NCBI RefSeq assembly: GCF_016432865.1
Contig: NC_067399.1
Coordinates: 499,162,001-499,226,000, forward strand
Length of the DNA: 64,000 nucleotides
Source: Antechinus flavipes
Lineage: Eukaryota
Direction: 5' to 3'
A program made the position numbers and the translations under genes. Under the pieces are notes generated by a model. The model saw only the letters and a program-made list of their open reading frames with translations. It made no database searches and was not told the origin of the DNA. Every line of letters starts with the position of its first letter. The first letter of the stretch is position 1. Positions 33,401-45,200 of this stretch are shown here, in pieces.

Positions 33401-35297
33401 CTTTATTCTTAAACAGCAAATTTGCTAATTCTAAAATTAACATCCAATTTGAATCAACTATAAATAAATAGTTTTCTTTTGGTAAATAGTCACTTCAATC
33501 TTTCTCTAATCCTTAAATTTTGAATGAGGAAATATGCTCACTGTTAGAGGTGACTTAGACTGTTTCCTGGCTTCTTTATTCACCTTACCAAAAAAAAAAA
33601 AAAAAAAAAGCAAACCTGTCCAGCTGGTTTGTTAAGGTAAGGAATAGGACTGTTTGCTTCCATTGGCACATTTCTAACTTCACAAAGGAGCTGAATTTAG
33701 ACACTGGGACTCTTTAGAGTATCCTAATTCTTTCAAATGTTAATGATATCAACCTTATACTGTTATATATGTATTCACATATATTCACATACATTCATAC
33801 ATTATATCCTTTGATCATCACAATAACACTATGAAGTATATATTGATTACCTCCATTTTATAAATGAGAAAAACAGTACTCATTCATATTTGGCAATTTG
33901 TCCATGGTTTTATGACTAACAAGTGACTAAAGGACAAGTTTTCTGACCAAGCTGGGGTTTTTTCCAGAGGAAAGGTAACTGACACTAACATGTATTACTA
34001 CATGCAAAAACCTTAGGCAGAAAGGAACTGAAAGATCCAAGACGGTGCTTCCCTCTTAACTACCCAACAGTTGGTATTCTTAACTATCTCCTGTGAGGAT
34101 GCTCCCTTAATAAGTACCATTGTCTCACAACACAAACAGGAAATTCTTAGGGATGACTAATATCAATCCTACCTGTGGACACTGAAACCACTTCCCTGTG
34201 ACCTTGCTGTCACTACAGATAGGAGAGAGCTCCTTCCTATCCTTCATTTCTTTCCTTGGGTGAAATGTAGCAACTACTATCTAGCTGAAGGGCTAGGAAG
34301 AAAGATTTTGATAGAGCACCAGAATATATGCATCTAGGATATAACTATTTTGTGTGAATGCTTTGCAAATTGTGGGCCCTGAGGGTTCTTGTTTTCTTTA
34401 TGTGGGACTTAAGTTAATAAGCATTTATAAAACATCCATAAAAACTGAGGCAGAAAAAAATACCTTAGGAGCCAAAATTAGGATGGAGAGTAACTGAAAA
34501 AAAAAAAATGGATTAAAGCATAGTCAGAGGGGGGAAAAGGGCCTGAGGTTATTTGTAAAGTAAACAAGCAGAGACCTATGACAGGAAACAACTATGTGTC
34601 AAAAACTAAGACTGCTCATGTTTCTTACATAATTAAAACAGCACAGTGCTAAGCATAAAAGTATCCTGAAATGATTATTTTATTCCAATGAAATCACAAT
34701 ATTTGGTACTGCTCTTACAATTCTTTTCATATATCTATTATATTAAATGTATATATCTCTTATTCTACTCCTACCCTCATTACACTGTAAGTTCTAAGAA
34801 GTGTCTTATATGAACATTACCTACAGTCTAGTCAAATGCTCATACATAGAAAGCATTCTATAAACATGTAGGAGTAGATGAATGATACTTAAAAAAAAAA
34901 AAAGTTTTGACTGAAAAATCTAAGCCTTAGTACATGAAAGGGTGGAAATTCAATTCTATTCAGCAGGAACTCTTAAATATCCACTATATGCAAAGTGAAG
35001 GATACACTTGAAATAGAGCTTTCTAAAAATTAGCTATCCAGGCAGAATAGAAATGAGGAAAAGAGAGAAGAAATGAATACTTCTAACCCATCCCTAAGCC
35101 CAAGTTGATAGAGAGAATCAAGACCAAAAGGCATCTGATTTGATTTGGATTTTATGGGAGTTTGTATTTGTTAGAAGTATAACATGCCAAAAGTCTTAGT
35201 TTGCTTAACAAAAGGGGTGGATACCTTCTGGAGGGGACCAGGATGGTATGAGTAATAATGGGTGGAGCTGATGTTTTAAGTTTATCAGCAATTACTA

Positions 35298-35303
35298 TTT
35301 ATT
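35298..35303 (-). terminator. Candidate TRUB2 polyadenylation signal
   Basis: tttatt on the plus strand, i.e. AATAAA on the minus strand, about 660 nt after the stop; other candidates lie further downstream. Confidence 0.3.
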
Positions 35304-35959
35304 GTGACCTATTACTAAGCATAGCCCATATCTTCCTATAAGACTAGGGTTCTAGAAGCTCTGACGGTCTAAATCGGTCTCTGACACCAATATATACAAT
35401 AATCGGGAGGGGTGGGGTCAGGGAGAGGGAGGCTGAAGAAAGAAGGCAGAAGAAAAATTAGAATTACGAAGTCCCTTCAGCAGGGTTTTCTAGTCCCCAA
35501 TCTCTAGGTCATTAGGTAACATACAACATAATCTGCAATCACCTTTCTCTTTACCTCACAACTAGCCCCATCCCAGAAAAAACAGATGAGCCCCAGCCTT
35601 TCTTAAGTTCAGCTAAAAAGTACATCTCTGGAACAGGATTTTAAAATGCTGATTCAGAAGCCCTTTAAGCCCTCTTCTCAGCTATGCTCGCTAGACTAAG
35701 AAGACCAAGTCATTTCCTTATACCAAAGCCAGGGGGCAGGACCTTTTACTTACTAAATACACAAGGATGATTTTTAAAGTGTCCCAAGTCTTCCTCCTGG
35801 CAGTCAGTGAACTCTAACCTCAGTCAGGTCCTGACTTTCAATCCTGCAATCCAGTTATTTGCCAGCTCCCACACCATCTAGCACTCTCTCCTGCTGTTCT
35901 TTCCTAAGGCTGTGGGCCTCATTCTGCCTAGCGCAGGGGAAAAGTTTGTGACCTGGATG

Positions 35960-36231
35960 TTAGGAAACAGATTGTCCCACAGAGTCTGGATGGCCCAGTG
36001 CTACAGTCCGGCATTTTTCAAGCTCTGCTTCTACTCGAGGGGCTGCTTTTTGGATCGATGTCTGAATGTTATGAATGTTCCATTGTGTCCGCAGGAGGGC
36101 ATCCTCCAGGGTGAAGACTCCATCTCGGGTCCGCCGCACCTGGGTACAGACGGCAGACGATTTCAGTTCCAACCCGATCTCATGCACCACTCGACGGAGC
36201 AGCTGCTGGGTCTCATGCATGCACTGAATTT
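35960..36231 (-). CDS. TRUB2: TRUB2 exon 8
   Basis: IQCMHETQQLLRRVVHEIGLEL...SVGQSVS*; tgcag acceptor. Confidence 0.95.
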
Positions 36232-39200
36232 CTGCACAGAGAAAGGAATGTAAGGAAGCATGTGAGTGCAGGAAGCAGGGAAGAAGAAAAGCAATCCATA
36301 AGAGGGAGCAGGAGGAAAGGGAATTGAGCAAGGCCAGAGTGAAAGAAATGCACTGGGGAACTTTTACAAAAAGAGATGCCAACCAACCCTGGGAACATGC
36401 CTCTCAATATAACCTTTGCTCGCTAGGATTCTGCATCAAAGAGTGATCTGGCACAAGATAGGAGTTCACTTGTTCTCTGAGGTCTGTTATCTGGCAATGT
36501 CCTGGCGCAGAGGCTGGGAAGAAGCTGGAGGCCCTAAGAGCCTGAGTAAGCCGCCACGGCATAGGATGATGTCGGGAGACCTCCTCTGCTCAGACCATCT
36601 GGGGTTGTCAGAAAGGGAGGTACTGCTAAGAGGACTGAGAACTGCCTGCCAGCCTTCCCCCAGGGTTACCTTCATGGGAGTCAAGGTCTATCATCCTCCT
36701 GCTCTCAGGCTGAGCAGGTTATCCACAGTCCCAAATCCTACCTAAAAGGAATTCAGGAGGAGCAAATTTGAGACATCGGATTCCTGTAATCAGCATTGGA
36801 CTCTTGTCCATGGGCCGGATTAACCCTTTCACAGCCATTTCATAGGCCTCTTGAGTCTTCAAGTCGAGATTGGAATACCTAGGGAAGAAGATAACAATTT
36901 TCACTGATCACATCACAATAAGAGCTTGGAAATAAAGGTGATACGTTTTCCCATTCCTAACTCCAAATGGGGTTCTCTTGAAAGGTGTCCCTTTCCCTTT
37001 TGCCTAACCAAAAATACTTTAATGTCATGAAGGGCCAAGTAGATTCAATTCAATAAAAATTTATTGAGCAATTACAAGGTACTTTCGAAGATACACAAAT
37101 AAAGACAAAACCCTTGTCCTTGGAGCGCTGATAATCTAATGGAGGAATAGATGAGGCCACAAAGAATACAAGATAAAATATAATCTAAGATGACATAGAA
37201 GACATACACACATCTTATGAAATATGATTCTATAATGGGAGAGATCACATCTGGCTGGAGAGAAATCAGGAAAGGTTTCAAAAAAGATAGCCTTTGACTT
37301 GGGCTTTAAAGAATAGATTAGGGGGCAACTAGGTGGTTCAGTAGATAGAGCATTAGCCCTGAAGTCAGGAAGACCTTAGTTCAAATCTGACCTCAGACCT
37401 AACTGAGTTTCAATTGATAAATGATGGACAGAAGCAGCTACACCCAAAGAAAGAACACTGGGAAACGAATGTGAACTATCTGCATTTTTGTTTTTCTTCC
37501 CGGGTTGTTTTTACCTTCTGAATCCAATTCTCCCTGTGCAACAAGAGAACTGTTCAGTTCTGCAAACATATATTGTATCTAGGATATACTGCAACATATC
37601 TAACATATATAGGACTGGTTGCCATCTAGGGGAGGGGGTAGAGGGAGGGAGGGGAAAAATCGGAACAGAAGCGAGTGCAAGGGACAATGTTGTAAAAAAA
37701 ATTACCCTGGCATGGATTCTGTCAATATAAAGTTATTATAAAATTAAAAAATATATATTTAAAAAAAAAATCTGACCTCAGACACTTAATACTTCCTAAC
37801 TGTTTGACTCTGGGCAAGTCACATGACCACAATTGCATCAGCAAAAAAAAAGAAAGAAAAAATACATTGGATAGGAGGGCAGTCAAGAATAAAGAATAAT
37901 GAGCAAAGACAGAGACATGGTATGGTAATTTAAGGAACAGAAAATATTTCAGCTTGGCAAAAGAAGTAATGGGAGATATGGTTGAAAAGGTAGTTTGAAG
38001 GCATACTATATGGAAATATAAAAATATTTCCCAAATCTTCATACTCGGGATTACTTTTGTTTTCAGAATACTGAGAATTCTTGGCTTTTCCTCTAGAACA
38101 TTGATAGATCAAACTCCTGACAAATGCCTTGAGCATCTCAAACCAGATTAAATGTGTTTGGAAACTGTTTCACAAAATAAACATAAGTGATGTTAATTTG
38201 TGTTTTTTTTATTTGAGTTTGATATCATTGTCATAGGCAATAGGGAACCAATGAAGGTTTTTGAGCAGCCTTTGGGGATGATCAATATGGTATTTTATGA
38301 ACAGGAATCAGATCCAGGAGCAGCTGAAAAATCAATTATGATGTTGTTGCAATAATACAGAATTCTGGTCATAAGGGAAAAGAAATGAGATGAGACAACA
38401 GAACGAAATTCAATGAACATTTATTAAGTGGATACTATGTATACAAGGCCTATGTATAATGACAAAAGCAAAAATAAAATAAAAAAAGGAAAACAGCTGT
38501 TGTCCTCACAGAGCTTACTTTCTTGTGAAAGGGATACATCTGTATGCATATATATAAAAAAATTCCATGAAAGGGCTAAACAACTAAAAGGATGATCGAC
38601 TTGCAAGATCTAGACTATAGGACTTGAAACTAATTTGATGTGAGAGTTGAGGGAAAAGTCATCTGTGACTCCCAAAATGTCAAGATACATTGATAGTCAA
38701 TGATAGACAGAATCAGCTACACCCAGAGAAGGAACACTGGGAAATGAATATGGACTACTTGCATTTTTTCCCCCCAAGTTATTTTTACCTTTTGAATCCA
38801 ATTCTTCTTGTGCAACAAGAGAACTGTTCAGTTCTGCACACATATATTGTCTCTAGGATATACTATAATATATTTAACATGTATAAGACTGCCAGCCACT
38901 TAGGTGAGGGGGTGGAGGGAGGGAAGGGAAAAGTCGGAACAGAAGTGAGTGCAAGGGATAATGTTGTAAATAATTACGCATGCATATGTTCTATCAATAA
39001 AAAGTTATAATTTTAAAAAAAGAGAGATACATTGATAGTGATGATGTCATTAGTTAAAATAGGGTAGTCAGAGAGTAAAACTAGTTTGGGGTGAGGGGAA
39101 GACAATTAGTTTTATTTTGGACTTAAGTCTAAGATGTTGGCAGGACATCTAGTGGATATATGATTTGGGAGCCAACTGTGTAGAAGGGATCATTAAAGCC

Positions 39201-42200
39201 ACAGGAATAGATGAGATGGCAAAGGGAGAAAAAATGGAGAAAGAGGAGGAAATAATAGAATCTTGGTATCAGAAGATCATACATCAGAAGATGACAAATG
39301 TAGAAGCCAGAAAGGTAAAAAATCAGAATCTATAGATCCAAGGAACACTATAAAATTAACAGAAAGAAGGGAGTAAGAGTGCTACAAAGAAATTAAGGAA
39401 GTTGAGAGCTAAAAAATTTGGTAAAAAGGTAACTGGTAATTGGTTCTCCCCGTCTTGCCCAGGATGGAAGTATAGAAGCTAATCACTATTAGATCCTACT
39501 TGAATAGGAGCTCTGACCAGCTATTTTCTCAGTATCCCCCTGCTCCATGGATCTCATCATAGTAATACTGGACTTACTGTGGACACTTGATCAGCTTAGC
39601 AAACAGCTAAGAGCAATTCAGAACTCCCAAATTCAAGAGATCCAACGTCTGTCTTTAACCTCCCTGGTAGAGAACCAAACAAGTGTGCACCTGCTTCACT
39701 TTGCAAAGAACAGCAGTGAGGACTGCTTACAAATATTAGAAAGGTAATGAGTGAAGTAGAGAAGGTAATAATAAAGAGAACTCAAGGGAGTAATGATGTG
39801 AGGATTTGTTGTTCCTGTTTAAAATATAGATCATCTAACTTTGTATATAGACAGAAGGGAAGATGTTAATGAAGAGGAAGTGAAGAAATATGCAAGATAG
39901 CAACCAAAAAAGGAAGGTCTCAGAAGAATAAGGAGAAGATGAGATTGATTATAAATATGTGAGACAACCTAAGAAAGGAAGTCTAGAAAACAATTTATAC
40001 AAGAACAGAAATGGTGTTAAAAAATGAACAAACTCTGAAAGACAAGAACTATGAACAATCAATGATCAACAAGGTCTCCAGAGGACTAGGATGGAGCATA
40101 TTACATACATGCTGATCGAGAAGAAACAAGATGAAATACAAATATATACATCACCACTGTGCATTCCTTTTGCCTGACTATACTTACCTGTTGTGAAATG
40201 TTTTTTTTCTTTCTCGGTTTTCATTTGGAAGGTAGGTTTGGACAAAAGAGGGGGTAGCAGCAGTGAGGCAAGAAAAAAGGCTGACAACATTGTCATTCTT
40301 TTTCCAGTGCACAAAAGAGAACAGAAGGAAGTACAGACAAGTAGGACAATTGTGGTATGAAAAGGAGATTCATGGTTTCATATGAAATCTTTTTTTGTGT
40401 TTTGTGGTATAAAAAAACTTTTTAAAAATTCAGAATAAAAACTATTAAAATTTTTAAAAAGTCCTTTTTCAAGTAAACAAGGGAGATCCCACCAAATAAT
40501 GAAAACACCTAAGCTTTTTCAGAAAAATGAAGCAGGGATGCCAGACCTGCAGGAAAGTGGACAAGTTCTGGGAATAGCAATGTGAGAAATCTGGCAGACA
40601 GAATATCTGAGTGACTTCCCTAGATGCTTTGGAGAATAGACAAGAAAGACATCTCACGACAAGAAGCACAGCCAAGACAGCATGGGTACTGGCGACAGAC
40701 TGGATTCCAGCCTCTCATTGATCACTTCCAGTGCTAAAGGGTGACAGCAGGCAGTCCAGTCTTGACACTTACGTTACCATTGCCTTCTGATGGGAGCCTT
40801 GGATGACTGCCAGGATTCTGCTGAGCTTCTCTGGGGTCACATGATCTGGGAAAACCAATGGATATTAGAGCAGAATCACCTGCATGGCGTGGGGCAAGGG
40901 GAAGTTGCCTTCATCCCACTCAGGCCATGTCTCTTTATAGCTTCTCTAATTCCTCCTATTTCTCTCTCTAACCTCTGAGTGGGCCTGCATCCTGACAAGA
41001 TTGGGCCTCGGCAACAAACAGATTCTGCTGTTCCCACAGCAACCCTCTGGCACATCTTGGGATGCTCACACCTTCCCACACAGCTCATCCATCAGGAGCC
41101 AGGACCCTAGTACTTAATGGTGTCTTTCTTCCCTCTCCCTCAGGGCAAGTGGAATGATAGCTTTGTGAAGCAGAGCATTAGCCAGCAGAGGAAGGGTTCT
41201 CCGGCTGATGCTGAAAAAGGCCTATTGTATATTTACCTGTCTTCCCTCCCTCCCCCCCCCAAACTGTCATAATCACCAAGGTGAATGAGTAAAGTTACTC
41301 AAATTCCACCCACATGCTTCCTTAGGCTCCATGTTTCTCTAATGTGATTTCTCTTCCTTTTAAAATTCTTTTTAGTCTAATTTCTTCATTATTAACACGA
41401 TGTGGGAGAGCCCACAGTTTGATCTGTCCTTGTCCTGTACCTTCACATAAAAGGTTCTGGCAATATATGAGCCTCAGGCCACGGGGGAACTAATTGGAGA
41501 CAAATATATCTGCTGTCACTACCCAAAGGTAAACCACTGGAGAAGTCAAGAGTAGTCTGCCTAGGATACAAGAATTCAGTGGGAATTTTGATTGAGGAGC
41601 AGACCTGCTAAGGAGGACTGAACAAAAGCACTTCAGATTCCTAGAATCTTAAAGTGACAATAGACCTTAGGAGTGCAGACAGCTACAAGATCATTGCAAG
41701 AATCAGAAGATGGATTTCCAGCTCCCATTTAAACATTTTGAGGGACACAAAACTCATAAAGCATCCTATTTCACTGTCAAGGAATTCTTGCTTATTTTAT
41801 AGTGAACCAAAATCTGCTTCCTTAACTTTTGCCATAGCTATTGGCAGTATCCTGAAGACTAAACAGGGATACCAGGATGAAAGACTTTAAAAGCCAGAAG
41901 AGATCTAGTACAGCTCCCCCAGTTTAAACAAAAGAAAAATAAGACCCAGTGAGGTTTTAGGTGGTTTGGTCAAAGTCACACAGGTAATAAATACAAGAGT
42001 TAAGCAGATGGAGAGCATCAATTTTCTCATTCTTTCAACTGAACCCCACAGAAGCAGCTTAGCTTAGGTCTTTGGATCCTAAATTCAATGTTATTTTCTC
42101 TATCTTACTGAAACCCCCTACTCTTCTACTGAGTGTTAGCAAAGAGACTTTAAAGTCAAAACCCTTAAAGTCCTTGGAGAAGGACTAGAAACTTCACACA

Positions 42201-45200
42201 ATTAACAACTCCAAGAATATTTATTCCCTGGTTCACTGGGCTTTCATATGCAATTACCATAAGTTGTCTTTTCAATCAGTCTTCCTTCATCTGAGAAGTC
42301 ATCTGTGGCTTTGCCCAGGAGCCCACGAACTGTGTAATCCTTTGAGAAGGGAGATGGGGAACATCAATTTTCTCATTCTTTCAGCTGAACCCCACAGAAG
42401 CAGCTTAGCTGAACACTACAGCTCTGGAGCACCACTGGGATCACTACCAGATGGCCACTACCTTGCTGACTAAATTCCACAAAGTCAAGTGACAGCAATA
42501 TTTATTATTCACCCACAGGTTAAGACAGTGAAGCAGACCATCAAATATACCATATATACATCAAATGTACCCAGTTTGCTAGGTATAGAGCAGTATATAA
42601 CAGGCAATCCCTTCCCTCAAAAGTAGGTCTTCTTTGTTTCTGACTATTTATTTCTTTTTGGAATATTTCTACCTCCTTGTTGGGATTTAGTTTTTAAGGA
42701 GCACAACTTTTATGAAGGGAATAAAATCCAGGCTACAAAAAGAGCTAAGCGCTATGAAAATAAAATAGGTAGCCCTTTCCCATCATTAAGCCTAACCTTC
42801 TGTATATTTACCTGTCTCCTCTTTCATTCAAAACCTTCCAAAATTTGGTTCAAAGCAGTTTTATCCCCTACACCAAGATAAACTTGAAATGGATTCATGA
42901 CTTAAGACATAAAGGTGATACTATAAACAAATCAGGGAAAGTTTATCAAATCTTTGGAGAAGGGAGGTATTTATGATCAAACAAAAAATAGTATTATGAC
43001 ATGCAAAATGGATAATTTTAATTACATTAAATTAAAAAAACTTTGCACAAACAACCCCAATATAGTCAAGATTACAAAGGAAGCCGAAAGCTGGGAAACA
43101 ATTTTTATAGTCAGTGTTTCACATAAAGATCTCATTTTTAAAATATGGAAAACTCAGTCAAAATTATAAGAATACAAGTAATTCCCTAATTGATAAATAG
43201 TCAAAGGATATGAATAGACACTTTCCAGATGAAATTAAAACTATCTATAGTCATATGAAAAAATGTTCCAAATCACTATTGACTAAAAAATGCAAATTAA
43301 AATAACTCTGAGGTACCAACTCATATCTATCAGATTGGCAAATATGACAGGAAAAGATAATGACAAATATTGGAGGGGATGTAGGAAAACTGATACATTG
43401 TTAGTGGAGTTGTGAATTAATCTAGCCATTGTAGAGACCAATTTGAAACTATGCCCAAAGGACCATAAAACTGTGTGTATCCTTTGATTCAGCAGTGCCT
43501 CCACCACTGAGTCTGTTTCCTAAAAAGATCATAAAAGAGGGAAAAGGACTCACATGTGCAAAAATGTTTCTAGCAGCTCTTTTTGTAGCAAGGAACTGGA
43601 AACTGAGTGGATGCCCATCAGTTGGAGAATGGCTGAATAAGTTATGGTATATGAAGGTTATGGAATATTATTGTTCTGTAAGAAACGATCAGCAGGATGA
43701 TTTCAGAGAGGCCTGGAAAGACTTACATGAACTGATACAAAGTGAAGTGAATAGAACCAGGAGACTATTGCTCATAGTAACAAAAAGACTGTATGATGAT
43801 CAACTATGATAAACTTAGGTCTTCTCAGCAATACAGTGATCCAAGATAATTCTAATAGATTTGGGGTAGAAAATATGCATCATCTGCATCCAGAGAAAGA
43901 ACTATGGAGGCTGAATGTGGATGGAAGAATAGTATTTTCACCTTTTGTTTTTTTTTTTTCCTTTCTCATCAAAGCGTTTTCTCATTTTAAAGAAGTTTTG
44001 ATTTTTTTCTTTCCCAATGTGACTAATATGGAAATATGTTAACAAATTATTGCACATGTATAACATATCAGATTGCTGGCTATTGTGGGGTTGTAGGGTA
44101 AAGGAGAGAGGAAGAAAAAAAATTTTGAACTCAAATTTCACAAAAATGAATGTTTAAAACTATCTTTATACCTAATTAGAAAAAATAAAATACTATTAAC
44201 ATAAAACAAAAACCAGTATTATCTCTTGATGTTCAACTTTGTAAATTCTCTCCTCTTAGCAAACTGGCCTACAATGTTTGGTCCCCCAAACATATTGTAC
44301 AGTGATCCTCCATACTTTCAAGGTCCAATTTCCCCTCCTGCTTTAGCTTCAAATAACATCTTTTCTAAATTTATACCCCAGGTTAATACACTTCATTCCA
44401 TGAACCCTTCCTAATACATAGTGACCTCTCCCTCCCTGCTCTGAACTTCATCAGGGCCTCTCTGTTCTATTCAGTGGACTGCAATGAATCCCACACACCC
44501 AGTGCTGTCTTGCAATATCTTTTTCAGTATTACTTAACTCTTCATGTAAATACATGTGCCTTCTCATGTAAATACATATGCAGGTGATGACTAAGTATTT
44601 TCTGAATGAATAAATGAATGACTTTAAGAGTCTTAAGGACAGGAACTATGTCTTCTGTTCTTTTGCAGTCCTTACAATACCAAACACCTGGCCTTTCACA
44701 CTACAGGTACTTAATAAAAGTTAATTAATTAATTCTCTCCCTAGCTCCTCTTCCCCCCACCAGAAGCTGGATGAATTCCTTTCTTCCAGATTCCAGGTGT
44801 AGGTAAGAGGTTATGAGACCCATTCAGGTGTTATAGCCTGAAGTACCAAGTTCAGGCCTTGGGGAAGAAAAATAATAAGCCCTTACCTTTGAACCCTTGT
44901 ACTTCACAAGGAATTTCACAATCCAAAACCTTTGCAGATTTTCATAACAAACATATGAAGTTCAGTAAAACAGGAATTATGATCCCCACCCATTTTACAA
45001 ATGAAGAAACTGAGACTAATTAAATGATTCATTGGAGATCACTTAGCTAATCACTAGAACTACACACCCACAGCAAGTACCTTGGTGAGATGGGCATTGT
45101 AGATGTCTGTGAGCAGCTTGTTTCCACGTCCCACACCGAGCACTAAAAGATACCAATTTGACAGTTCAATTACAGAGCTCCCCAGACCCTTCAAGCCTAA

